From an uncultured bacterium (GTDB taxonomy: Bacteria; Acidobacteriota; Thermoanaerobaculia; Multivoradales; JAHZIX01), in the NCBI GenBank assembly GCA_965368975.1, contig CBDUPA010000013.1, forward strand, positions 96,001-160,000: a stretch of DNA of 64,000 nt, in the 5' to 3' direction. Within the stretch, counting starts at the first letter, position 1. Each line of letters opens with the position of its first letter. This document shows, piece after piece, positions 26,159-36,311 of the stretch. The translations under genes and the position numbers were made by a program. The notes below the pieces were generated by a model. The model saw only the letters and a program-made list of their open reading frames with translations, ran no database searches and had not been told where the DNA came from.

Positions 26159-28468
26159 ATGCGCGACGCCGACAACCACGACAGCGGCAGGAACCCCGAA
26201 CACAGGGGCGGTACCGAGCCCACTGACGCGAGCGACAGCCTGCCGCTGTGGCAACGCTGGCCCGCCTTCCTCGGCGTCGACCTGTTGCGGCGACGCGCCA
26301 AACTGCGCTTCGTACAGCAAACTGCCGCCACGGACTGTGGCGCGGCCTGCCTGGCCATGGTGCTCAGCTACCACGGCAAGAACCTGCGTCTCAATGAGGT
26401 CCGCGAGGTCATGAGCGTCAGCCGCATGGGTGTCGACGCCTTCACCATCTTGGAAACCGGCCGCCACTTCGGTCTGCGTGGCCGTGCCCTCAAAGTGCGT
26501 GAGGTCGCGCACCTGCGCTATCTCGACCCGGGTGCCGTGCTGCACTGGCGGTTCAATCACTTCGTGGTTCTCGAACGCATCGAGAAGCGCGGCGCCTGGG
26601 TCGTCGATCCCGCCGTCGGCCGGCGCCTGATCCCATGGCCCGAACTGGGTCGTGCCTTCACCGGCGTCGCCCTGGTGTTCGAAACTAGCGAGGACTTCGA
26701 ACCTCTGCCGGCGGACCAGAAAGGCGTCTGGCGGTACCTGCGCCAGTTGCTCAGCCAGAGCGGCCTGCTCACCCGTATCTTGGTGACGTCCCTGCTGATC
26801 CAGCTGCTGGCACTGTCGGTGCCGGTGCTCACGGGCCTACTGGTCGACCGCGTGGTGCCACGTGGTGACCACAACCTGCTGCTGGTCCTGGTGGCCGGAG
26901 CCGCCGGCATCGTCGGCTTCAAGCTGCTCGCCGGCCTGGTGCGCTCCTTCCTCCTGCTCTTCCTGCGCACCCGTCTGGACGCCCGCATGACCGTGCAGTT
27001 CCTGGAGCATCTGGTTGCGCTGCCCTACCTGTTTTTCCAGCAGCGTTCCTCGGGCGATCTGATGATGCGCCTGAACAGCAACGCGGTGGTGCGCGAGATC
27101 CTCACTTCTGGCGCCATCTCGGGCATCTTCGACGGCGCCATGGTCTCTCTCTACCTCTTGCTGCTGCTGGCCGCCAACACCAAGATAGGGCTGGTGGTAG
27201 CCTTGCTCGGCCTGCTCCAAGTAGCTGTCTTCCTGGTGACTCGCAAACGCCAAGCCGAGCTGATGACCGAGACCCTGCAGACGCAGGCCGACGCCCGTGG
27301 CTTCGAGGTCCAGTTGCTGTCCGGCATCGAGACCCTGAAGTCGAGCGGCGCGGAGTTCCGCGCCGTCGAGCGCTGGTCGCACCTCTTCGTGCGCGAGCTC
27401 AACGTCTCGCTCGACCGCGGCCGGCTGGATGCCGGTGTCAACTCCGTGCTCGACGCCCTGGCCACCGGCGCACCGCTAGCCGTGCTGCTCTACGGTAGCC
27501 ACCTGGTGCTCGCCGGCGAACTCACCCTCGGCACCATGCTGGCGCTCAGCGCTCTGGCCCAGGGCTTCCTGGGCCCGCTGGCGACCCTGGTTCACACCTC
27601 CTTCCAACTGCAGCTTCTGGGTAGCTACCTGGAACGCCTCAACGACGTGCTGGAGACGCCGCGCGAACAGGAGAGTACCGAGAAGCGCATCGATGTCGGC
27701 GCCCTGCGTGGCCAGGTACGGGTCGACGAGGTGAGCTTCCGCTATGCTCCGATGGCGGCGCCCGCGGTTGCTGGAGTCAGCCTGGACATCCGTCCGGGAC
27801 AGCTGGTCGCCCTGGTCGGTTCTTCAGGCTCCGGCAAGTCGACCCTCGCCGGCCTGCTCGCCGGTCTCTACCGCCCAGACAGCGGCCGTATCCTGTTCGA
27901 CGGCCTGAGCTTGGCCGAGGCCGACTTGCGCCAGCTGCGCGGCCAGCTCGGTTTCGTGCCGCAGCACAGCTTCCTCTTCGGCATGAGCGTGCGCGCCAAC
28001 ATCGCGCTCAACGACCCGTCCCTGCCCCTCTCCCGGATCATCGAAGCGGCGCGCATGGCACAGATCCACGACGACATCTTGACCATGCCCATGGGCTATG
28101 AATCCCTGCTCGCCGATGGTGGCGCCTCGCTCTCCGGCGGCCAGCGCCAGCGGCTGGCGCTGGCCCGCGCCCTGGTACACCGCCCCAAGGTGTTGATTCT
28201 CGACGAGGCCACTAGCGCCCTGGATGCGGTCACCGAGGCGAGGATCCAGCAGAACCTGGCGCGCCTACGCTGCACCCGCATCGTCGTCGCGCATCGCCTG
28301 AGCACCATCCGTGACGCCAACCGCATCGTGGTCCTCGATCGTGGTCACTTGATCGAACACGGCAGCCACGACGAGCTCATGGCAGCACGAGGCAAGTATC
28401 ATGAGCTGGTCACGGCGCAACTACAGAAGAGCCAGGCCGCCACAATCGCCCCAGAATTGACCCCTTGA
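26159..28468 (+). CDS. Peptidase-containing ABC transporter (C39 PCAT)
   Basis: QQTAATDCGAACLAMVL, LHWRFNHFVV, VVDPAVG; GSSGSGKST, LSGGQRQR, LILDEATSALD. Confidence 0.93.
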   Translation: MRDADNHDSGRNPEHRGGTEPTDASDSLPLWQRWPAFLGVDLLRRRAKLRFVQQTAATDCGAACLAMVLSYHGKNLRLNEVREVMSVSRMGVDAFTILETGRHFGLRGRALKVREVAHLRYLDPGAVLHWRFNHFVVLERIEKRGAWVVDPAVGRRLIPWPELGRAFTGVALVFETSEDFEPLPADQKGVWRYLRQLLSQSGLLTRILVTSLLIQLLALSVPVLTGLLVDRVVPRGDHNLLLVLVAGAAGIVGFKLLAGLVRSFLLLFLRTRLDARMTVQFLEHLVALPYLFFQQRSSGDLMMRLNSNAVVREILTSGAISGIFDGAMVSLYLLLLLAANTKIGLVVALLGLLQVAVFLVTRKRQAELMTETLQTQADARGFEVQLLSGIETLKSSGAEFRAVERWSHLFVRELNVSLDRGRLDAGVNSVLDALATGAPLAVLLYGSHLVLAGELTLGTMLALSALAQGFLGPLATLVHTSFQLQLLGSYLERLNDVLETPREQESTEKRIDVGALRGQVRVDEVSFRYAPMAAPAVAGVSLDIRPGQLVALVGSSGSGKSTLAGLLAGLYRPDSGRILFDGLSLAEADLRQLRGQLGFVPQHSFLFGMSVRANIALNDPSLPLSRIIEAARMAQIHDDILTMPMGYESLLADGGASLSGGQRQRLALARALVHRPKVLILDEATSALDAVTEARIQQNLARLRCTRIVVAHRLSTIRDANRIVVLDRGHLIEHGSHDELMAARGKYHELVTAQLQKSQAATIAPELTP

Positions 28469-30183
28469 TGGCCCCCCACGACCACGAAGCCCGCCGCATC
28501 GCACAAGCTCACGTCCAGGCCGGTCGTACCGACGTCTCGCGCGGCACGGCCGGAGTTCTCCTGGTCGCTTTCCTCCTGCTGCTCGGGCTACCGCCCCTGC
28601 TGCACCACGACCTCCTCGGGTTCCTGGGCTGGACCCTGCCGGCGGCTTCGCACCCCGACAGCGAGCCTTTCGCCGACTTCGCGCTCAATCTGCCCGGCGC
28701 GCTACTCACCGATGGTCTGCTGGTCAAGAACCGGGCCGTGCAACGGGAACTACGACGCTTTGAGGACGAGTTGGACCGGGAGTTCCATCCTGCCCGTGCC
28801 CTGCGCCCTCACGTGCAATCCCTCTTGCTGCACCTGCGCCAAGGCAATCTCGAGGCCCTTGTCGGTGCCGACACCGGCAGCGGTCCCTGGCTCTACTTCC
28901 GTCCGGACGTGAGCTACCTCACCGGTCCCGGCTTCCTGGAGCCCGCGGTCCTGGCAGCTCGACGCCGGAGTACCGAGAGCTGGCAGGCGCCCCCCGAACC
29001 GGACCCGCGGCCGGCACTGCTACAGTTGCATCGGGAGCTGGCTGAGCGGGGTATCGACTTGGTTCTCTTGCCAACCCCCGTCAAGCCGATGCTGCATCCG
29101 GAAGGCTTTGCGGCTGGCGCCGAGTTGGGCGTGAGGGAGCTGCAGAATCCGTCCTGGAAGCACTTCCTGGCCGACCTGGAAGCGGCCGGCGTCGAGGTCC
29201 TGCTCCCCTGGCGGTTCGACCACGAACAGCAGCAGATCCAACACCCGCCGCTCTCGTCTCTGCGTACGGACACTCACTGGACGCCCGGCAGCGTCGAGAC
29301 GACCGCGACCGCCCTGGCGGAGCGCCTGGCTGGCCGCGTCCCGGCACTGCGTACACCACGGTTGGCGCGTGCCGATGTGCAAACCCAAACCGGTCTCGGC
29401 GACCTTGCCCGCATGTTGCAGCTGCCTGCGTCGCAGCAGCAGATCGGCGCAGAAACCATCACGACCCGCCCTATCGTCAGCGTCGACGGCAAGCCCTGGC
29501 AGTCCGCTCCGGATGCAGCAGTGCTCCTGCTCGGCGACAGCTTCACCAACGTCTACAGCCAGGCTGACCTCGGCTGGGGCGCTGGTGCCGGCCTGGCGGA
29601 GCAGCTGAGCTTCGAGCTGCAGGTGCCGGTGCAACGCCTGGCGGTCAATGACGGCAGTGACCTCGCCGTACGCCAGCGCTTGGCCGCGCTGCCTGCGGAG
29701 CGCTTCGAAACGCTCCGGGTCGTCGTCTACCAGTTCGCTGTGCGCGAGCTGACCACCGGCGACTGGCGTCCCGTGCCTCTGCCCGTGGGAGGGGCAGCAG
29801 CAGCGGCAGAGACAAACAAGACGACTTTCACCGGCCTGGAGCCCCTGCGTCTGGAGGCGAGACTCGCGAGTGCACCCGATCTGCCGAGTCCCGCCGAGCT
29901 TCCCTATCGCGACGGCATCGTCGGCCTGGTGCTGCGCGACCTGTCGACGCCGAACGCCGCTCCGAGTTTGCCGGAGGAAATCCTCCTCTACACCTGGTGG
30001 CTGCGCGACGGCAACCTGACCGCCGCCGCCAGCTGGGCTCCCGGACGCAAGCTCGAACTCGACATCGTCCCCTGGGCATCCGTGGCCCCGGACCTGGACA
30101 GCTACCAACGCGTCGAACCGGACGATCCCGAGGCCTTCCTGCTCGACGCCTACTGGACAGACCTGCCAGAATCGTCACCATGA
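28468..30183 (+). CDS. AlgJ/AlgX-like SGNH O-acetyltransferase
   Basis: N-terminal TM; WLYFRPD; 'L..RGIDLVLLPTPVKP'; RTDTHWT; GDLARML; VLLLGDSF. Confidence 0.8.
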   Translation: MAPHDHEARRIAQAHVQAGRTDVSRGTAGVLLVAFLLLLGLPPLLHHDLLGFLGWTLPAASHPDSEPFADFALNLPGALLTDGLLVKNRAVQRELRRFEDELDREFHPARALRPHVQSLLLHLRQGNLEALVGADTGSGPWLYFRPDVSYLTGPGFLEPAVLAARRRSTESWQAPPEPDPRPALLQLHRELAERGIDLVLLPTPVKPMLHPEGFAAGAELGVRELQNPSWKHFLADLEAAGVEVLLPWRFDHEQQQIQHPPLSSLRTDTHWTPGSVETTATALAERLAGRVPALRTPRLARADVQTQTGLGDLARMLQLPASQQQIGAETITTRPIVSVDGKPWQSAPDAAVLLLGDSFTNVYSQADLGWGAGAGLAEQLSFELQVPVQRLAVNDGSDLAVRQRLAALPAERFETLRVVVYQFAVRELTTGDWRPVPLPVGGAAAAAETNKTTFTGLEPLRLEARLASAPDLPSPAELPYRDGIVGLVLRDLSTPNAAPSLPEEILLYTWWLRDGNLTAAASWAPGRKLELDIVPWASVAPDLDSYQRVEPDDPEAFLLDAYWTDLPESSP

Positions 30184-31247
30184 AGACCTGCTGCCTCAGC
30201 CTTGCCTTGCTCCTTCTCGCCTGTACACCAGCTACGCCAGCGGCACCCGAAGAAGCTGCACCAACTGAGGAGGTGCCAGCTGAAGCCGAGTCAGCTAAAG
30301 CCAAGCGAGCAGGAGAGGAGCAAGCCCGCTTCGTAGAGTACTTGCGCGGCCTGCTCGCGCCGTCGACCGACAGGCGTACGATCCAGGGCCAGAGCGGCTG
30401 GCTCTACTTCCAGCCCGAACTGAGCTCGCTGACCGTCGAAGAGATCCGCGAGCCACTGGCTGCGATCCTCGACTTCCACCGCCAGTTGCAGGAACGCGGC
30501 GTCGAGTTGTTGTTCGCGCCCATCCCGGCCAAGGCCGCCGTCTACCCCGATCACCTGCCCGGTGCGCCCACCTTTGCACAGCCCCTCCCCAGGTTGGATA
30601 CGGTCCACGGTGAGTTCCTGGAGACCCTGCGGGAGCAAGGAGTCCCCGTTGTCGACCTGCTGCCGCTCTTCCTTGAACACCGCGATGACACCGAAGGTGC
30701 GATGCACTGCCGTCAAGACACGCACTTCTCCGGCCGCGCGACGGTCTTGATCGCACATTCTCTCGCCGAGCTGGTGCGGCAACGGGCTTGGTGGCAGGAG
30801 GTCGAGACCGGCCGTTTTGAGCCTGCCGGCCTTGCACGGGAGACCCGTCAGGTGACGATCGAGGGTGACCTCCGGCGCGAGTTGCCACCGCCCCAGCCCG
30901 CCGCCGAAACCTTGTCGCTGACCTTCGTCGGCCGTCGCGAAGGCGACGCCTTGTTGCCAATACCGCCGGACCGAGACAGCCCTATCCTCCTTCTCGGCGA
31001 CAGCCACACCCTGGTGTTCCACACCGGCGGCGATCTGCACGCCAAGGGTGCCGGCTTGGTCGACCAGCTCGCTTTCGAACTCGGCATGCCACTGGACCTG
31101 ATCGGCGTCCGTGGCTCCGGCGCCACGTCGTCGCGCGTCAACCTGCTGCGTCGCGGCGGCGTCGAGGGCAAGAAGCTGGTGATCTGGGTGCTGACGGCGC
31201 GGGAGTTGACGGAAGGGGATTGGAAACAGGTGCCGGTATCGCGCTAA
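30180..31247 (+). CDS. AlgX/AlgJ-like SGNH O-acetyltransferase, lipoprotein
   Basis: Start ATG 30180 (ATGA overlap), signal MKTCCLSLALLLLAC; GWLYF; PIPAKAAVYPD; QDTHFS; ILLLGDSH. Confidence 0.8.
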   Translation: MKTCCLSLALLLLACTPATPAAPEEAAPTEEVPAEAESAKAKRAGEEQARFVEYLRGLLAPSTDRRTIQGQSGWLYFQPELSSLTVEEIREPLAAILDFHRQLQERGVELLFAPIPAKAAVYPDHLPGAPTFAQPLPRLDTVHGEFLETLREQGVPVVDLLPLFLEHRDDTEGAMHCRQDTHFSGRATVLIAHSLAELVRQRAWWQEVETGRFEPAGLARETRQVTIEGDLRRELPPPQPAAETLSLTFVGRREGDALLPIPPDRDSPILLLGDSHTLVFHTGGDLHAKGAGLVDQLAFELGMPLDLIGVRGSGATSSRVNLLRRGGVEGKKLVIWVLTARELTEGDWKQVPVSR

Positions 31248-31258
31248 GAGTTGCTTGT

Positions 31259-31299
31259 GATGTCTTGATGCCTGCAGAGTAGATGCTATGATGCCTGCA
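31259..31299 (+). promoter_or_regulatory. vapBC promoter/operator, probably leaderless
   Basis: TTGATG-N16-TATGAT with extended TGn, ending 6 nt before ATG 31299; direct repeat TGATGCCTGCA at 31266 and 31289. Confidence 0.55.
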
Positions 31300-31568
31300 T
31301 GAGAACGACGCTGACCCTTGACGATGATCTGGCCTCAGCCCTCAAGGAAGCTGCCTTCCGCCAGGGAGAATCCTTCAAGGCCATTGTGAACGAAACGCTA
31401 CGCCGGGGTTTAACGGCTCTACAGTCCCCTCCGACGGCGAAACGCTATCGGCTCGAGCCGGCTCATCTTGGCGGAGTACGGCCGGGAATCAACCTCGACA
31501 AGGCTCTGCAAGTGGCCGACGCACTGGAAGATGAAGCCATCGCCAGCAAGCTGGAATTGCGCAAGTGA
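31299..31568 (+). CDS. vapB: VapB-type antitoxin (ribbon-helix-helix)
   Basis: MRTTLTLDDDL...SFKAIVNETLRRGL; GTGA overlap with the PIN gene. Confidence 0.85.
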   Translation: MRTTLTLDDDLASALKEAAFRQGESFKAIVNETLRRGLTALQSPPTAKRYRLEPAHLGGVRPGINLDKALQVADALEDEAIASKLELRK

Positions 31569-31996
31569 TCCTGGTCGACGCCAACCTACTGATCTACGCG
31601 GTAGACGCAGATTCCCCGCACCACGAGCGAGCGCGTATATGGCTGGAAAACACGCTCTCTGGAACGACTCGCGTCGGGCTCGCCTGGATTGTTCTACTGG
31701 CCTTTACCCGTATCACTACGAGATCAAGTGTCCTGAACAGCCCTTTGTCTCTAGAAGCGGCGTTGACTTACGTCGAATCTTGGTTGGAGCAACCGTTCGT
31801 GACGGTCCTCAGTCCAGGTGATCATCACTGGCCAGTTTTTCGCAACCTACTCGTAGCTACAGGCACAGCCGGCAACCTCGTTTCGGACGTTCATCTGGCA
31901 GCCTTGGCGATCGAACACGGTTGCGAAGTTGTTTCGGCAGACAATGACTTCAAGCGGTTTCCGGGGATTCACCATTCGAATCCCCTGCAGAGTTAG
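31565..31996 (+). CDS. vapC: VapC PIN-domain toxin
   Basis: [11 protein letters not shown]...SPHHERAR; [17 protein letters not shown]; [11 protein letters not shown]. Confidence 0.92.
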   Translation: MILVDANLLIYAVDADSPHHERARIWLENTLSGTTRVGLAWIVLLAFTRITTRSSVLNSPLSLEAALTYVESWLEQPFVTVLSPGDHHWPVFRNLLVATGTAGNLVSDVHLAALAIEHGCEVVSADNDFKRFPGIHHSNPLQS

Positions 31997-34164
31997 GCCT
32001 GCTCCCCCAACCGCCCCAACAACTCCCGCGCCGCCTCCGGAATCACCGTCCCCGGCCCGAAGATCGCCGTGACGCCCGCGTCGTAGAGCGGCTGGTAGTC
32101 CTGCGGCGGAATCACGCCGCCCGCAACGATCAGGATGTCCTCGCGCCTCATCTCGACGAGATGCTTCCTCAACTCGGGAATCAACGTCAGATGTCCGGCC
32201 GCCAGGGTCGACGCGCCCACGATGTGAACATCGTTCTCGACCGCTTGCCGCGCCGTCTCTTCCGGCGTCTGGAACAGCGGCCCGATGTCGACGTCGAAGC
32301 CGAGATCGGCAAAGGCGGTGGCGATGACCTTCTGACCCCGGTCGTGGCCATCCTGCCCCATCTTGGCGATCAGGATCCGGGGACGCCGGCCTTCCTCTTC
32401 GGCGAAGGCGTCCGCCAGCTTGCGGACTTCCAGCAGCTGATGTTCGGCGTCACCGCCCGCTTGCTCGGCTTCGCCTTTGTAGACGCCCGAGATCGTCCGC
32501 ACCGTCGCTTCGTGTCGACCGAAGGCTTTCTCCATGGCGTCGCTGATCTCCCCTACCGTGGCGCGCGCGCGCGCAGCCTCGACGCTCAAGGCTAGCAGGT
32601 TGCCTTCCCCTGTCTCGGCGGAGCGAGTCAGCGCAGCCAAGGCTTCCTGCAGCTTGGCCTCATCCCGGTTGGCGCGCAGTTCCTTCAATCTGGCCAGCTG
32701 TGCTTCGCGCACGGCGGTGTTGTCGACCTTCAAGATCTCGGGGGCGCTGTCGTCGTCGGAGCGGTACTTGTTGACGCCGACGATGGTCTGACGTCCCGAG
32801 TCGATTCGCGCCTGCGCGCGGGCGGAGGCTTCCTCGATACGCATCTTGGGAATACCGGTCTCGATCGCCTTGGCCATGCCGCCGAGTTCTTCGATCTCTT
32901 CGATGTGCGCCATGGCCCCGGCGGCAACGTCGCGGGTCAGGGCCTCGACGTAGTAGCTGCCACCCCACGGATCGATGACACGACACGAGCCGGTTTCCTG
33001 CTGCAGGTAGAGCTGTGTATTGCGCGCGATGCGGGCCGAGAAGTCGCTAGGCAGGGCGAGGGCTTCGTCGAGCGAGTTCGTGTGCAAGCTTTGCGTGTGG
33101 CCGTGGACGGCGGCCATGGCTTCCACGCAAGTGCGGGCGACGTTGTTGTAGACGTCTTGGGCGGTGAGGCTCCAGCCGGAAGTCTGGCAGTGGGTACGCA
33201 GGGCCAGGGATTTGGGGTTCTTCGGGTCAAACGGCTGCAACAATCTCGCCCACAGCCACCTGGCGGCGCGCAGCTTGGCGACTTCCATGAAGTAGTTCAT
33301 GCCGATGCCGAAGAAGAACGAGATACGCGGCGCGAAGCTGTCGATGTCGAGACCAGCGGCGAGGCCCGTGCGGACGTACTCGAGGCCATCGGCGAGGGTG
33401 TAGCCGAGTTCGAGCTCTGCCGTCGCCCCTGCCTCCTGCATGTGGTAGCCGGAAACGCTGATCGAGTTGAAGCGCGGCATCTGGCGCGAGGTGTAGCCGA
33501 AGATGTCGGCGATGATGCGCATGGAGGGCCCGGGTGGGTAGATGTAGGTGTTGCGCACCATGAATTCTTTGAGGATGTCGTTCTGGATCGTGCCGATCAG
33601 CTGCTCCGGCTTCACCCCTTGCTCCTCCGCCGCCACGATATAGAGCGCCAGGATCGGCAGCACGGCGCCGTTCATGGTCATCGACACGCTCATCTGGTCG
33701 AGCGGGATGCCGTCGAACAGGATCTGCATGTCGAGGATCGAGTCGATGGCGACGCCGGCCATGCCGACATCCCCGATAACGCGCGGGTGGTCGGAGTCGT
33801 AGCCGCGATGCGTGGCGAGGTCGAAGGCGATCGACAGGCCCTTCTGGCCGGCAGCGAGGTTGCGACGATAGAAGGCGTTGGACTGTTCAGCAGTAGAAAA
33901 ACCGGCGTACTGGCGGATGGTCCACGGCCGGCGCACATACATCGTCGAGTACGGACCGCGTACGTACGGTGGCAGGCCGGGCTGGGTGTCGACGGGAGTG
34001 CCCTCGAGATCCGCGGCGGTGTAGCGGCGCCGGACGTCGATGCCTTCCGGAGTGTGCCAGGGGACGCTCTCCGCCGGCCCCGGGGACAGCGCCGGTCGAG
34101 CCACTTCGTTGGCCGCCGTGGGCACACGGTACGGGATCTGGGTCAGGTCCGGGAAGCGACTCAT
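31993..34164 (-). CDS. scpA: Methylmalonyl-CoA mutase, large catalytic subunit
   Basis: RGPYSTMY...[30 protein letters not shown]12-binding [10 protein letters not shown]. True start ATG 34164 overlaps the mutA stop. Confidence 0.96.
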   Translation of the reverse strand: MSRFPDLTQIPYRVPTAANEVARPALSPGPAESVPWHTPEGIDVRRRYTAADLEGTPVDTQPGLPPYVRGPYSTMYVRRPWTIRQYAGFSTAEQSNAFYRRNLAAGQKGLSIAFDLATHRGYDSDHPRVIGDVGMAGVAIDSILDMQILFDGIPLDQMSVSMTMNGAVLPILALYIVAAEEQGVKPEQLIGTIQNDILKEFMVRNTYIYPPGPSMRIIADIFGYTSRQMPRFNSISVSGYHMQEAGATAELELGYTLADGLEYVRTGLAAGLDIDSFAPRISFFFGIGMNYFMEVAKLRAARWLWARLLQPFDPKNPKSLALRTHCQTSGWSLTAQDVYNNVARTCVEAMAAVHGHTQSLHTNSLDEALALPSDFSARIARNTQLYLQQETGSCRVIDPWGGSYYVEALTRDVAAGAMAHIEEIEELGGMAKAIETGIPKMRIEEASARAQARIDSGRQTIVGVNKYRSDDDSAPEILKVDNTAVREAQLARLKELRANRDEAKLQEALAALTRSAETGEGNLLALSVEAARARATVGEISDAMEKAFGRHEATVRTISGVYKGEAEQAGGDAEHQLLEVRKLADAFAEEEGRRPRILIAKMGQDGHDRGQKVIATAFADLGFDVDIGPLFQTPEETARQAVENDVHIVGASTLAAGHLTLIPELRKHLVEMRREDILIVAGGVIPPQDYQPLYDAGVTAIFGPGTVIPEAARELLGRLGEQA

Positions 34165-36251
34165 GACGCGGACTCCTGCGAGTGGTCGAAGCTGGCCAGC
34201 AACTCGCGCAGCAACTGGCAGGTGTTGGCACCCAGGTGGGCGAAGTGGGTGATGCCGGCTGCGCGGAAGGCGGCTTCGTGTTCTCCCGCCTTGCCGGCCA
34301 CGACGATGCAGGTGGCGCCGGCCGCGCGCAGGCGGCGCGCCAGGGCTGGGACGCGCTCGGGGTAGGCCTCGTCGGGACCGCACAGCACGGCGACGTCGGT
34401 GTCGGTGTCGTCGAAGGCGGCAAGGAAGGCGTCGTCGTCGCCCGGCGGGAACTCAGCGGTGTCGAGACCGCCGACGGCCAGCAGGTTGCGCACGAAGTCA
34501 GCACGCGGCTTGTGTCCCCTGGGATCCCCGAGGTGTAGCACGCTCGCGGGTGGTTTCCAGCCGAGACGTCGCTCGAGCTCGTCGGCAACGGCGCGTAGCT
34601 GCTCAAACGGCTCGGACAGTCGCCAGGGCGTCAACGCAGGAGCCGTGGTGGCTGGGCCTGCGGCTCGTGGCAGCGCCGCCGTCAGCTCGTGCAGGCAGGC
34701 ACCCGCTGCAGCAGCGGCGGTCAGCGTCTCGAGGCTCGGTTGGTGGACGAGGTCGGCGATCGCGGCGCCAGGGTCTGCCGTGCGCGCGGCGAGCGCGGCA
34801 AGGGTGTCGCGGCGCAAGGCGTCGAGGTCTGGGGGCACCTTCGCCAGCGGTTCTTCGGCCAGGTTGGGATATTCACTGACCCCGGTCAGCGGGGTGCGGC
34901 GCGTGCACACGTCGCGCTTCCGGCGCTCCAGGCTCTCGGCCAGCTGCCGCGCGACGGCCCCAGAGGTCAGGCTTTGCGCCATGCCACCTGCACCTTCGAT
35001 TTCCTGCAAGCGATTCCAGGCCGCTGTCGCCAGCTGCTCGGTCAGCTCCTCGACGTAGCCGCTGCCAGCGCCGGGATCGGCGACCCGGTGCAGGTGGCTT
35101 TCTTCGCGCAGCATCAGCTGGGTGTTGATCGCCAGCCGGCGACTGAAGACAGAAGGCAATCCGACCGCCTGATCGTAAGGCGCGGTACCTACGGTATCCG
35201 CACCGCCGACGATGGCGGCGAAGCTCTCGACCGTGCCGCGCAGCAGGTTGACACCGCGATCGAGCGTCGTACGGCCGCGCCGGCAGGTGACCGCGTGCAG
35301 ATGGACGCCGCGGGCCTCGGGCGAAGCGCCGACGGCTTCCGCCAGGCGAGCCCATAGACGGCGGGCTGCACGCAGCTTGGCGATCTCCAGGAACAGGTCA
35401 CCGCTGACCGCGAAGACGAGTTGGATCTGCTGGCAAGCGGCGTCGGGCTCCAAGGAGGCCTCATTCTGCGGTGGATCGAGGAGCCGACGCAGGTAGGCAG
35501 CACCGGTCGCCAGGGCGTAGGCCAATTCGTCGACGGCACCGCCGCCGGCCTCGTGGTACGGCACGGCCGAGACGCGCAACGCGCGCAGCCCTGGTGCCTC
35601 GCGGGCACACCAGCGGGCCAACTGGCACGCCTCGCGCAGGTGGTCGTCGAGCGTCGCCGGTAATTGACCGTCCACGGCGAGCGTGCCAAAGGGATCAGCG
35701 CCCAGAGACCCACGCAGCTGCGCCGTTTCCATGGAGCGTTCCTGCAGCCACGCGAGCAGCAGTCCGGCCGCCGGCAACGCTCCGGCGCCAGCGTCGAGAT
35801 GGATCTCGTGCGTGGCTGGATCGAGATCGGCCAGCGCCTGCCCCAGGGCCTCTACGGAGGTCAGCGACACGCCACCTCGACCGATGAGCTCTCTCGCCTC
35901 TTTCGGGCTACTGCCCGCGCGGCCGGCATCGTCGAAGCGCAGCCAGACACCGGTGGCACCGTGACGCAGGTCGAGCGCCACGCGGCGCCCGGTCTCTTCC
36001 GGCGACGGATGCTCGTGCAGGGGCAGCGGTCGGCCAAACTCGCCAGATGCCAGCGGCTGGAACCCGACTTCTTCCGCCGCTTGCGAGACCGGCTGGTAGA
36101 GTGGCTCCAGCTCGAGACTACCGCCATCTCGGCCCTCTCCCGCGAGGTAGGTTTTCAGGGAGCCGAAGGCGGCTCCCTTGAGGTCCTTCTCCACCTTTTC
36201 GTGCCAAGCGTCGACACCGGTCGGTGGAAAGTCGGCGAACAGCTCCGACAT
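34161..36251 (-). CDS. mutA: Methylmalonyl-CoA mutase small subunit
   Basis: FPP....W...VEKDLKGA; [15 protein letters not shown]; [14 protein letters not shown]; [17 protein letters not shown]; GVSEYPN. Confidence 0.9.
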   Translation of the reverse strand: MSELFADFPPTGVDAWHEKVEKDLKGAAFGSLKTYLAGEGRDGGSLELEPLYQPVSQAAEEVGFQPLASGEFGRPLPLHEHPSPEETGRRVALDLRHGATGVWLRFDDAGRAGSSPKEARELIGRGGVSLTSVEALGQALADLDPATHEIHLDAGAGALPAAGLLLAWLQERSMETAQLRGSLGADPFGTLAVDGQLPATLDDHLREACQLARWCAREAPGLRALRVSAVPYHEAGGGAVDELAYALATGAAYLRRLLDPPQNEASLEPDAACQQIQLVFAVSGDLFLEIAKLRAARRLWARLAEAVGASPEARGVHLHAVTCRRGRTTLDRGVNLLRGTVESFAAIVGGADTVGTAPYDQAVGLPSVFSRRLAINTQLMLREESHLHRVADPGAGSGYVEELTEQLATAAWNRLQEIEGAGGMAQSLTSGAVARQLAESLERRKRDVCTRRTPLTGVSEYPNLAEEPLAKVPPDLDALRRDTLAALAARTADPGAAIADLVHQPSLETLTAAAAAGACLHELTAALPRAAGPATTAPALTPWRLSEPFEQLRAVADELERRLGWKPPASVLHLGDPRGHKPRADFVRNLLAVGGLDTAEFPPGDDDAFLAAFDDTDTDVAVLCGPDEAYPERVPALARRLRAAGATCIVVAGKAGEHEAAFRAAGITHFAHLGANTCQLLRELLASFDHSQESAS

Positions 36252-36311
36252 GGTGAGGCTCCCTGAGAGTCAGCGTGCTAGCGAAAGGATGGAAGACTCG
36301 TACCGCGGCGA

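Noticed and set aside
36252-36311. Cobalamin riboswitch upstream of the mutase genes
   Set aside because: The gap is only ~60 bp and has no recognisable B12-box.
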